From Candidatus Altimarinota bacterium (GTDB lineage: Bacteria > Patescibacteriota > Gracilibacteria > JBDHUY01): a DNA stretch of 64,000 nucleotides. The DNA lies in assembly GCA_039809385.1 (NCBI GenBank), contig JBDHUY010000008.1:33251-97250 (forward strand), in the 5' to 3' direction. Below, piece by piece: positions 46,617 through 56,079 of this stretch. The first letter of the stretch is position 1. Every line of letters begins with the position of its first letter. A program made the translations under genes and the position numbers. The notes under the pieces are model-generated. The model saw nothing but the letters and a program-made list of their open reading frames with translations, was not told the DNA's origin and did no database searches.

Positions 46617-48134
46617 CTACCCAATCGTATATACCTCCGGATGGACTGCTACGTATTCCTTGGCATAGTTCAAGCGGATTGAGCTGTTGGAATAGATGCG
46701 AAACAAGATATCGCCGGGTTTTACCGCGTCGCCGACGTGTTTGTAAATGAAGACCCCGGCCTGGACATCGACCGGAGCGCCGGCCATCTTGGCAGATTTT
46801 ACGATAGTTTTGTTATCAATAGATGCAATCACTCCTTCGGTTTGTGCCGTATAGTCGTAGAACGTTTCCGACAAATGGGGCAAATCGCGGCTCCCCTGAA
46901 AGGTACGGATCTCCTCGAATTTGTTTTTGGCATCGCCGGAAAAAAGCAACTGCGACGCAAACGAATACCCCTCTCCGGCTGGAACTTTACCCACAAATTC
47001 AAATAGCTCTCCGGCCAGTTTTATGGATTTTTCACGCAAATCCTGGGGCGCATCCGGTTTATTTTCAAGAACACTAAGAACGTCGAACATCTCAAGCAAC
47101 GGACCAATCCCATGCCCGATCGGCTGAGAGCCGTCGGTAATCAAAACTTTGAGCTTCAAACCCAGTTTAGTCGCAATGGTTTCAAAACGTTTTTTCAGAT
47201 GATCGGCGTGTTCGGATGTTTTGACTTTGGCCGCCGGTCCCATCGGAATATCCAGCAGACAATGGGTATTCCCTGCGGCGATTTTTTTAGCCAGAATCGA
47301 AGCGATCATCTGGCTTTCGGAGTCGATATTCAGCGGATGTTCTACCCGGATGATAATATCGTCGGCGGGAGCCATATCGATCGCGCCACCCCACACCAGA
47401 CACCCCTTCACTTTTTCGACCATGCGCTGCATCTGGGACAGAGACAGATCAACTTTCAAATAGGTTTCAAGAGTATCGGCCGTCCCGGCAGGTGAAGTAA
47501 TCGAGCGGGTAAACGTATTGGGAATCGGAATACCGGCGGCAGCTACCATAGCCACTACGATCGGAGTCGTGCGGTTTCCCGGAATCCCTCCGATACAATG
47601 TTTATCAGCCACGATGCTATCGTTGAAACGCAATACCTGGCCAGTTTCGACCATGGCCGTCGTGAGCGCAGCCGTTTCGTCGTCATCCAAATCGCGGCTC
47701 GCACACGCCAGGAGAAAATAGGTGATCAGGGATTCGGGATAACGATTCTGTACGATATCGCGGATGATCGGGGTAATGGTTTCTACCGTGAATTTTTTAC
47801 CCGTTTCAAATTTTTCTTTGGCTGCTTCGAACGATTCGGGACGAGGAATAGGTTTCACTTCGACCCGCTCACCCTCTTTCAACCCGGTTTTATCAAAGGC
47901 ACTCGAATAGAGTCCCAGTTCTCCCTGAGCCAATTCGACTTCGCCGTCGATACTTTCGGCGGCACTCTTTTCCAGAATGTCGAGGACACAGATAACCGCG
48001 CGCAAGGGGGCGTCGGCTGGATAGACTTCAACCCGTTCACCCGAATGGACTTCCAGTTTTTCGGCATCGCGTTTATTCAAGATAGCTACCGGAATATCGG
48101 ACGTATCGATATCGATCTTTTTGAGAGAAAACAT
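46617..48134 (-). CDS. AMP phosphorylase / thymidine phosphorylase family (archaeal-type with N-terminal beta-barrel)
   Basis: DKHCIGGIPGNRTT, RSITSPAGTAD, WGGAIDMAPADD, ASILAKK, DGSQPIGHGIGP; ORF track start 48185. Confidence 0.92.
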   Translation of the reverse strand: MFSLKKIDIDTSDIPVAILNKRDAEKLEVHSGERVEVYPADAPLRAVICVLDILEKSAAESIDGEVELAQGELGLYSSAFDKTGLKEGERVEVKPIPRPESFEAAKEKFETGKKFTVETITPIIRDIVQNRYPESLITYFLLACASRDLDDDETAALTTAMVETGQVLRFNDSIVADKHCIGGIPGNRTTPIVVAMVAAAGIPIPNTFTRSITSPAGTADTLETYLKVDLSLSQMQRMVEKVKGCLVWGGAIDMAPADDIIIRVEHPLNIDSESQMIASILAKKIAAGNTHCLLDIPMGPAAKVKTSEHADHLKKRFETIATKLGLKLKVLITDGSQPIGHGIGPLLEMFDVLSVLENKPDAPQDLREKSIKLAGELFEFVGKVPAGEGYSFASQLLFSGDAKNKFEEIRTFQGSRDLPHLSETFYDYTAQTEGVIASIDNKTIVKSAKMAGAPVDVQAGVFIYKHVGDAVKPGDILFRIYSNSSIRLNYAKEYVAVHPEVYTIG

Positions 48135-48141
48135 AACAGGA

Positions 48142-48411
48142 AATGAATTATGAAGTATGAATGCTGAATTATGAATTAGGGGCACAGGAATAGTCCAAAT
48201 TCATTCAAATAGTCTAAACAGTCAAAGAAATCGAAAATAATGAAATTGTTTTGTTCCCCACTATCCACTGATCGCTAGCCGCCCCGAAGGGGCCCCTTTG
48301 GGGCTGACTACTTGCTCTCCTCCCTACTCCGATCTCCTAACGAGAACAGCCTTTCGGCTTTAGTATTGTATACGGAACCTGGTTGTTCGCTGTAAACTGA
48401 CAACTGTAAGC
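48142..48411. repeat. mosaic intergenic block of heptamer/nonamer arrays and palindrome
   Basis: TGAA heptamers 48142-48177, nonamers ~48190-48247, CCCCGAAGGGGCCCCTTTGGGG 48282-48303, CTCC heptamers, CTGTAAACTGACAACTGTAAGCT. Confidence 0.65.
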
Positions 48412-48416
48412 TCTCC

Positions 48417-49589
48417 TCACGAATTCTTCTCTACCAGCTCGGCTTTGACTATCAAACGGTTTATGTCGGTACCGACAGGATCGCAGGTCATCAGGGTTGC
48501 CATCGAGTGACCAAAATCCTGCTGAAGAACACTAGTATCGCTGGGCGGAACGATTTTTTTCTCGAAGATACGGTAGCGATAGCGTTTTTGATTGTAATAT
48601 ACGATAAATTCGTCGCCGACATCGAGTTCGCCCAAAAGAGCGAATACATCCTTATATTTACTGTGTTCCCAAAAATAGTAGGAACTATGCCCGGTGATAA
48701 AAAAATTGCCTTTTTCGCCTGGAGCGGCGGTGCCGGGATAGTGAACCACACCGTTTTTCAGTGCATGCTGGATATCTTTTTCCAGATCTTCCCAGCGCTG
48801 GGCGATGAGGTTATCTTTGGGGGCTTCGACAATAGGCGCATTTTGGCCGATTTTGGGAATAAAGATAAAGTTGCTGTCGGGGGTTACCCGGAAATTGAGA
48901 GACGAGAGGGCGGCAGGGGTACCGGCTTTGGGCAAATATGGAACACCCCCGGGTGAATTAATAGCGAGTAATTCGGGCTGGGTACCGTTATCCTGTGCCA
49001 CAAAATTCTGAATATTTCTGGCTTGAATACTTTCGCGTCCTTGCCATTTGCCGATCCAATACTGGGACAATTGGTAGTAGGCCGAGAAATTCATGACCAC
49101 GAGCACGACGGCAAACGAGACGGCCGAGACCAGCCCGAAACGAAATATTTCGCGGAATAGACTTCCAAATCCGCTTTTGGAGGGAGTAACCCGTTTTTCT
49201 TGCACATTTCTGCTCTCTAGAGAAATATCACCGGAAGATTGAAAATCCAGCGATTCGGGATAAGCAGCTTCCACAAAGGCGGATGGAGCAAGGTGCGAAG
49301 TTTTTTTCTGCTCAAATTCAGCAGACAAAGACGGCTGGATAGGATAAAGAGAGGCAGGAGTAAGCGCTGAAGAGGAACTGGTAGGTAATTGTAGTCGTCC
49401 TCCTTCATAATCGATATGTGTAAGATCTCGAAACGTGAAACGTACCCGCACGGCAGAGCTGTTCGGAATTTTCTTCTTGAGAACGGAATTCTTTTTAACT
49501 CCGTAGAAGTTTTTATACAAGAAGCCTGGATTGGAATGAGTAGAGGTGTCTGGCATACTTAACTTCCTAAATCTTGGGGAATAAAACAT
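48417..49589 (-). CDS. sortase (class D/E-like) with long N-terminal extension
   Basis: TM; IFIPKIGQNAPI, GVVHYPGTAAPG..NFFITGHS, TLMTC, RLIV (His/Cys/Arg triad). Confidence 0.92.
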   Translation of the reverse strand: MFYSPRFRKLSMPDTSTHSNPGFLYKNFYGVKKNSVLKKKIPNSSAVRVRFTFRDLTHIDYEGGRLQLPTSSSSALTPASLYPIQPSLSAEFEQKKTSHLAPSAFVEAAYPESLDFQSSGDISLESRNVQEKRVTPSKSGFGSLFREIFRFGLVSAVSFAVVLVVMNFSAYYQLSQYWIGKWQGRESIQARNIQNFVAQDNGTQPELLAINSPGGVPYLPKAGTPAALSSLNFRVTPDSNFIFIPKIGQNAPIVEAPKDNLIAQRWEDLEKDIQHALKNGVVHYPGTAAPGEKGNFFITGHSSYYFWEHSKYKDVFALLGELDVGDEFIVYYNQKRYRYRIFEKKIVPPSDTSVLQQDFGHSMATLMTCDPVGTDINRLIVKAELVEKNS

Positions 49590-49637
49590 ATTGATCTAGT
49601 ATATCATCGAATACTCTTTTTAAGCAAAAATACGCAA

Positions 49638-52600
49638 TTATATTGGTGGAAGTAGATTATTAATGCCTGCTTTGGTAGATTCGATCACTCCGTTGGGAGA
49701 TTGCTTTTTAAAATCGGCAGCATAGGCATCGGCTTCATTAATGAGGGTTTTGATCGACCCGCGGATATTGATATCAAAGTTACTCCAGGAATGGCCGTAA
49801 CGTTTCTCAGGATCTCCTGGTCCTTCCTGTATATGTTGATGGAAAGCAGGTGAAACACTACTGCGGATTGACTCAATTTTTTCTGCTGAGAATTTAAACT
49901 CTTTGATTATTTCTTCATTGTCAGTGTAAGGAACATTGTCTTCTCCTAAAAATTTTGCAATCTCGCGGAATCCCGGAGCTGCATCGTGGTTATTCCAGTA
50001 CCATAAAGCTGCATTTTTATTACCACGTATCTCCTGATTATAGGCCTCGGCAAAGTTAGCGGCAAAGAGTCGTTTTGCATCATCACTATCTTTAAGTTTT
50101 GAAAAATTGCCCTTAAGATTTTTCAACCAAGGGGCCGTATAGTCCAAATGCTTGGGTTTTCCAGTAGAGTCTGTATCTAAAGCCCATTCAAGCCAGGCCG
50201 GATAGATACAACTACCAACTCCGTAGGTATCGGCAAATCCATAGTTATCCAGTTCTTTGCCAGAACCATATTGCGTAAGAAACTTGCCTTTTAATTCGTC
50301 CTGCAACGAATAAACGAGTCCATAAGCCTTATGATAGAGATAGCGGAAAGCGATAAAATCTTTTTCTTTAAGCGTGGCTTTGAGGTCACCTTCTACTTCA
50401 CCAAAGCGTCCCATCATGATCATTCCCATGACACGTTCAGCCTTACTATTTACAGTGAAAGCATCTTTTCCTCCTGTAGCACGAGTCATATAAACATCCA
50501 ACATAGCACGGATCAACGTTATACCGTAGGGTTTTAGATATAATCCTCCAAAAGGCGCCATATTCAGTAAATTACCACCAAAAGTACGCAACATTACTTC
50601 AGTAAAGCCATTCAGTACAGATGGATCTGCGGTGTTTTGAACATATTTAAATAAATACAAAAAAGCGATCCCCAACTCTTCCGTAGTACAACCGACTTTC
50701 AATAAGGCCTGGATACCGCCTAATATTTTGCCACGTTTAAAAGGATCTTGGGCATAGCCACGAATGACATTCAACATATCCGCAGATGTGGCAAAAGCAT
50801 TCGTTTCTTTGAATCCCCCTTCAATCTCCCCTTCCAGACCGGCACTGACCGTTTCAGTCAGCACCGACTCATATTTTTTCGGGAGCTTTCCCGGTCCTTC
50901 GCAAAAATAGCCCACAACGGCTTTACTAAAATCGGCATGAGATATACGTTCCCGTCCAAGTTTATTTCTACTAAGCTTCACAGCAAGTTCCTCTTTCGAT
51001 AAACCTTTCTTCGCCATTGCGATACAGAGAGCAGCCTGCTCGATAAGCTTAAACCGGTTAAAGTTTTTCCAGCGATCTTTCAACTCCCCAGCCGACAAAT
51101 CCTTATAACTATCTGCCAATTTATTGATAGCACCCAGAATTTCGCTACTATAGGCAGCATCGGCGATATCGGGTAAGTCTTTGAATGCTCCGAAGGTCAT
51201 ACCTGAAACAAATCGGGCGCCGTAAGTTGCAAACTCGGCAGCTTTAATACTGCTATTCCGTTCACTTTGCGTTTTCATGGCACTCAAAACCTGTTTTCCT
51301 CCTTTAAAGATTGCCTCCAGAGAGATCATACGCGACGGCGGGCGCACTCCAGGATCACCTGTAAGCGGGCTCTTCCCAAAGATCGCCTCTACACCACCTT
51401 TGGTACCACTATAAATCAGGCGCTTTTCATTCCAGTATTCAAAAAAGTCCTGAAACGAAATACTGGAAGTTCGAATCTCTTTTTCGAGCTTCTCATTAAC
51501 ACCTTTCTCTTCAATATGAATACGCGAACCATCCACTTTGACAATATCGACCGTGGCACCGCCTTTTTGTGATTTCAGATGAATATATCCATCTTCACCG
51601 CCTGGCTTAGGACGGAGTGTTTGACGCTTCGTCGGATCTTTATTATCGACATCTAGGCCTATTGCCCGCTCCAAATCCTCAAATGTCTTGATAGCCGGCT
51701 GGTACTCGCATTGAATTTTCGCATCTTTTGGATCAGTATGTTGAATACCATACCCTGACAACAACAAAAAGATAAGATATAACCGATCTGGCCCCATCCA
51801 TTCGCCATTTACCAGCATTTGTTGCCCCCGGATTTTTTGAATCTTGCAACGCTTCCCACCAAAAATAAAATGAGAACCCACCGTAAGACGAATTTTCTTT
51901 CTTGGATTACCCAAATCTTCGTTGATTTTGTTCTCAAGCGCCGTACGTGTATCCGGGATCGCTTTCTCATCCAATGATCCATAAGCTTCCAAAAAATTAT
52001 TCAACGCCATGATTTGATCGAGCTCCTGTATTTTGCCTTTTGATCGTTGATCAAGAAAACTGTATCCTACAAAAGGCAACGTAGCATATTCTGCTGGAAG
52101 GCTGGAAAAATCTTCCTGCAATTTTTGATATCCTGCTCGCAGATTCTTCCACTGTGGCATGATCTGACCGATAGTCTGACGATTTTCATAAAAATCCGTA
52201 GTCAGCGCATGACTTTTCGCAAACAACTCGCGCATCGTATCCCCGCTCGTTCCAATCTTGACTAAGGCGTCCAAGTGAGATTGAAAGAGGTTCTTTTGCT
52301 CACCATCCAGATTTTTGAAAGTACCGTCGTTTTCAACATCTTTTTTAAGCCGTTCAGCCTTTACCAGAATCGATGGCAGCGATTTTTGAAAGTATCTTCC
52401 CATCAACCGTGTCTGATCCAAAATCTCCTGTCGCACCGGAATAATCTTTTGAGCTACCGCCAGCTCGCTTTCCAGTTTTTCAATCTCTTCTTTTGAAAAA
52501 GCACCACTCTCTCGAACTCGCTTGAGATGTTGTTCGGACGATTCCAAATTGAGCGCCTTGATACTCTCATGAAACTGAGTAGCCAGACTGCGATTCTGGA

Positions 52601-52928
52601 TTTTATTCGTAAATTCCGTAAGCTCCTGCGGAGTAGCCTGCTCCGTCCGACGCAAAACTCCCATCAGATTTTCGGCCTGAGTAACCTCACCCTGGGTTAT
52701 TTTCTGATCAATGGCATCCCGCAATTTGGGAGCGATCTTCCGGCTGAGCTCTTTTTTTTCAGACTCCAGGGTATCCGGATGATCCAGCAAGCGTACATAG
52801 CTGCGCGATGCATCGGAAATATCATTGGCATCAAAGGCTTTTTGAAATTCGGCTTTCAACGCTTCCTGTGTTTTTCCCGCAGCCTTGGGAGACTCATCGC
52901 TTTCAGTAGTTTCCGGTTTTTTGGCCAT
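49638..52928 (-). CDS. large helical hypothetical protein
   Basis: ~1096 aa from MAKKPE; no signal peptide; no family recognised; ORF track start 53027. Confidence 0.75.
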   Translation of the reverse strand: MAKKPETTESDESPKAAGKTQEALKAEFQKAFDANDISDASRSYVRLLDHPDTLESEKKELSRKIAPKLRDAIDQKITQGEVTQAENLMGVLRRTEQATPQELTEFTNKIQNRSLATQFHESIKALNLESSEQHLKRVRESGAFSKEEIEKLESELAVAQKIIPVRQEILDQTRLMGRYFQKSLPSILVKAERLKKDVENDGTFKNLDGEQKNLFQSHLDALVKIGTSGDTMRELFAKSHALTTDFYENRQTIGQIMPQWKNLRAGYQKLQEDFSSLPAEYATLPFVGYSFLDQRSKGKIQELDQIMALNNFLEAYGSLDEKAIPDTRTALENKINEDLGNPRKKIRLTVGSHFIFGGKRCKIQKIRGQQMLVNGEWMGPDRLYLIFLLLSGYGIQHTDPKDAKIQCEYQPAIKTFEDLERAIGLDVDNKDPTKRQTLRPKPGGEDGYIHLKSQKGGATVDIVKVDGSRIHIEEKGVNEKLEKEIRTSSISFQDFFEYWNEKRLIYSGTKGGVEAIFGKSPLTGDPGVRPPSRMISLEAIFKGGKQVLSAMKTQSERNSSIKAAEFATYGARFVSGMTFGAFKDLPDIADAAYSSEILGAINKLADSYKDLSAGELKDRWKNFNRFKLIEQAALCIAMAKKGLSKEELAVKLSRNKLGRERISHADFSKAVVGYFCEGPGKLPKKYESVLTETVSAGLEGEIEGGFKETNAFATSADMLNVIRGYAQDPFKRGKILGGIQALLKVGCTTEELGIAFLYLFKYVQNTADPSVLNGFTEVMLRTFGGNLLNMAPFGGLYLKPYGITLIRAMLDVYMTRATGGKDAFTVNSKAERVMGMIMMGRFGEVEGDLKATLKEKDFIAFRYLYHKAYGLVYSLQDELKGKFLTQYGSGKELDNYGFADTYGVGSCIYPAWLEWALDTDSTGKPKHLDYTAPWLKNLKGNFSKLKDSDDAKRLFAANFAEAYNQEIRGNKNAALWYWNNHDAAPGFREIAKFLGEDNVPYTDNEEIIKEFKFSAEKIESIRSSVSPAFHQHIQEGPGDPEKRYGHSWSNFDINIRGSIKTLINEADAYAADFKKQSPNGVIESTKAGINNLLPPI

Positions 52929-52990
52929 ATACACAAACCGGGATACTAACGGGCCGCTATGAAGATAGAGACAGCGCATAATAAAGATAT

Positions 52991-53026
52991 TCTTATAAGT
53001 ATACCAGTCTTTGTTTCCGCCCGTCA
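52991..53026 (-). promoter_or_regulatory. sigma70-like promoter inside a long hairpin
   Basis: minus strand TTGACG-18 bp-TATACT with extended -10 TG. Confidence 0.45.
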
Positions 53027-53223
53027 AAAATATCCCGGCGTATAAAACTTTTCGGTTTTATGCGGGGCCCGGAAGCGAATGGCAGGCACAACAATGTTTT
53101 AGTACCCTCCGTGGTCTGTCATACAAAAGACATGAAACAGGAGAAGAATAATAGTACTCCTTCCAATACGATTGTCCAGTTTTTTGCCGATTTTTTCAAT
53201 ATCCTAAATGGAACTTATAAAAA

Positions 53224-55362
53224 CTACTCCGGGATCGAAGATAGAGAAGAATCAGGAGAAATAGGCAGATCGAACGAGAAGCAATTACGGGCATGTCGCT
53301 GTAAATCCCCCTCGACCAACGTACTGCTCACTTGTAACTCAATGCCATGCGCCCGCAGAAAACCTTTCACAATACTAAGCCCTAACCCGGTAGATTTCTT
53401 AGGTTTGGGGGTTTGTGTGGTAACTCTTTTACCAATCACCCCCAAAAGAGGAATCATGTCATCCGGAATATGATCGCCTATGTTCATAACGCTGATACGT
53501 ACCCGGGCCGGATCAGTCAGCACCTCGGCCGATACCTCCACCGGAAAAGGAGTTTTGTCCTCATCCCGGCCGGTATAATCGATTGCGTTCCCGATCAAAT
53601 TATCCAGAATCCGTTCGAGTTTTTTGTTATCTGCCAAGACGTGTGGAAGCGTCGAAGGGAATTTCTGTACCATTGTGCCATTTTCAGGTAGCTGCAACTC
53701 GGCTTTCCGAATAACATCATTGAGTAATGAGCCAATATCCAATTCCGCTAATGCAGCTATATGATTTGATTCAGGATTTACCGCCCCACTTGCGAGATCA
53801 TGCGCCAAATTTGCAATCGCCTGACAATTGGCTTTGGCTTTTCGTATCATTGGAAGAAGTAAAGAATCTGATGGAAGAGACATTTCCAGAAGTTCGAGAG
53901 CAACAGAAAGCGGCGTGATCTTATTTTTGATATCGTGCGAGAGATTTCCCAACACCTCATGTATTGCTTGTAAGAATTCTTTCTGTTCCCGCAAATCCAT
54001 GCCCAAGAGGTGCAACCGTTCTACCCGTCCGGATACAATTTCCGGTAAGATCGTAAATCGTACCGGATATCGGACTTGTTTGTTAAGAAGGGAAACTTCG
54101 CATTGGATCGGTTTTTTATCCTTGACTGCCTGAATACACGCATCAGAAAATATCCTTCGATCTTTTTCGGTTGCCAACATCGAGGATACTTCAAATAGAT
54201 CTTGCGAATCTTCGGGAGAAGCTATATGAAGATCAAACCAGGAATTCTTTTCTATAACAGTAAAGGGAGATTCGGATACAATCGTCATAATCAAATCAAG
54301 ACTGTTGTTTTCCAGTGTGAGAAGAAAATTTTGAACATTACGATATTCCTCTTCGATGCGCTCCTGGTGGAGCCGATCTCGAAAATGTCGCAAAAAATAA
54401 TTAATATAGACCATTTCTTCGCCAGTAAATTCTTTTGCCCGGTCAAAAAAGAAATTGACATGTCCCAGCGATTCCCCTGCCGAACCTCCTCCCAAAGGAC
54501 TGTCTTCGGGAACATACAATGCGATAGCGAGACAATCACGAGATTGCGCATGTACAGGATTCTGTGCAAAATTTTGCGAAAAGTATTGGGCTCCTTGCAC
54601 TAAGGAACAATGATACAAATTATCACTCCTTCGAGCTTCATCACTATATGCTCCCCGGCATGGTGTAATAGCCGTTGGATAACCGTTCGGATAATCGGAC
54701 GCAGTTTTAAATTTTTCAAAAGTTTTATTCCAGAATAGGATCGGATAAAGCGTTTTGGACATAACGTCCTTGGGACTGTGACAACGATTGACCACAATTT
54801 CGGTTAGCGTAGGAGCAAGCAGATCCACCAGAGCCAGTACCGATTCGGTAAAGAAAGCGTCTCCGGGTATGTCGCATGCCTCCATCAGACGCCGGATTTG
54901 AGCTTGTTTTGTGGCATCCTGAACGTGAACACCCACAAAATCGACGGAAAGCGCATCATGCGGGGTAAGTGTAGCCTGAAGTTGTCGCGTCCCGGATTCA
55001 TGAGGAAACCGGATATTTATTTTCGGATCTTGGTACCGCTCAAGAGGATTACCGGACAACAGGCTTCTAACATAGTCTATTACCGTTTGGAGAACCGTTG
55101 CTGGATCGATATCCGTTTCGAGTAATAAGGGAGAAGTCTGCTTTCCCGGTCTATGCTCGGGAAACAACGTCGAATCGACTATGGTTAGAAGGTCAAAAAC
55201 AAGTTCTCGATAGGTTCCTAAAGTTTTTTGTACATCGACACTCCCCCTCAGGATAGTCTGCGAACCGGATAAAAGCGACAAAAGTTGTCGTAATGATTCT
55301 CTATAATTGCGTTCGATCAAATCGTCGATAGGGCGGGGATCTTCTAAAGATTGCAGACTCAT
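53224..55362 (-). CDS. cytoplasmic sensor histidine kinase (GAF/PAS-like + HisKA + HATPase_c)
   Basis: H-box LSHDIKNKITPL, N-box ILDNLIGNAIDY, G2 STGLGLSIVKGFLRAHG. Confidence 0.85.
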   Translation of the reverse strand: MSLQSLEDPRPIDDLIERNYRESLRQLLSLLSGSQTILRGSVDVQKTLGTYRELVFDLLTIVDSTLFPEHRPGKQTSPLLLETDIDPATVLQTVIDYVRSLLSGNPLERYQDPKINIRFPHESGTRQLQATLTPHDALSVDFVGVHVQDATKQAQIRRLMEACDIPGDAFFTESVLALVDLLAPTLTEIVVNRCHSPKDVMSKTLYPILFWNKTFEKFKTASDYPNGYPTAITPCRGAYSDEARRSDNLYHCSLVQGAQYFSQNFAQNPVHAQSRDCLAIALYVPEDSPLGGGSAGESLGHVNFFFDRAKEFTGEEMVYINYFLRHFRDRLHQERIEEEYRNVQNFLLTLENNSLDLIMTIVSESPFTVIEKNSWFDLHIASPEDSQDLFEVSSMLATEKDRRIFSDACIQAVKDKKPIQCEVSLLNKQVRYPVRFTILPEIVSGRVERLHLLGMDLREQKEFLQAIHEVLGNLSHDIKNKITPLSVALELLEMSLPSDSLLLPMIRKAKANCQAIANLAHDLASGAVNPESNHIAALAELDIGSLLNDVIRKAELQLPENGTMVQKFPSTLPHVLADNKKLERILDNLIGNAIDYTGRDEDKTPFPVEVSAEVLTDPARVRISVMNIGDHIPDDMIPLLGVIGKRVTTQTPKPKKSTGLGLSIVKGFLRAHGIELQVSSTLVEGDLQRHARNCFSFDLPISPDSSLSSIPE

Positions 55363-55542
55363 ACAAAGTGAAAATAATACGAAGCAGTCTAAAAATACTT
55401 ATAAAACCTTATATGTCAACTACATTCTGTTGTAGGTATATTAGCCCCGAAATGCCTCCGGGAAGGCAATTGGGATTTTTTATAAAAATATGATATACTG
55501 TCAGGATATTTATCTATGGTTTCCATTTAAACTTTGTTTTCC

Positions 55543-56040
55543 ATGGCCGCTCAAGAAAAACGTTCCCAAGATTTCGGACAAGTCATTCTCTCCTGGCAGA
55601 TGCCCGAATACGCTCATCATACCAAAGACAAACGCTGGTATATGATCGCAGGTACTATTTTGCTGGCGATTCTGGTATACGGACTCCTGGCGGGGGAATA
55701 TATCATGGTATTGGCTTTCGCACTGTTAGGAGCGGTTTATTATATTCTGCACAACGAGCCGCCCCGCGATATCACCTTTGCGGTCACGTCGCTGGGGATG
55801 ATCGTGGACCGGGATTTTTACCAGTTCAGCGATATGGAAAGTTTCTGGATCGTGTATAACCCGCCGGCAGTCAGAGTCCTGTATCTGAGACCTGCGCGTC
55901 GACTGACAACGGACATACGTATCGAATTGATGGAACAGAATCCGATGATCATCCGGCAGCTTCTGCAGACCCAAATCAAAGAGATCGCGGGCGAGGGCGA
56001 AAGTCTGATCGACCGAATGACACGCCTTCTCCGGTTATAA
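55543..56040 (+). CDS. conserved CPR-type small membrane protein (two TM + PH-like C-terminus)
   Basis: LSWQMPEY..K..RWY, two TMs, FSDMESFWI; extended -10 TGATATACT at 55491. Confidence 0.75.
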   Translation: MAAQEKRSQDFGQVILSWQMPEYAHHTKDKRWYMIAGTILLAILVYGLLAGEYIMVLAFALLGAVYYILHNEPPRDITFAVTSLGMIVDRDFYQFSDMESFWIVYNPPAVRVLYLRPARRLTTDIRIELMEQNPMIIRQLLQTQIKEIAGEGESLIDRMTRLLRL

Positions 56041-56079
56041 AAAAAATCGACTCCCTACAAAAATACAAAAAACAATGCT

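Noticed and set aside
46191-46620. Prophage or integrative element at tRNA-Gly
   Set aside because: No integrase and no duplicated tRNA 3' end seen in the window
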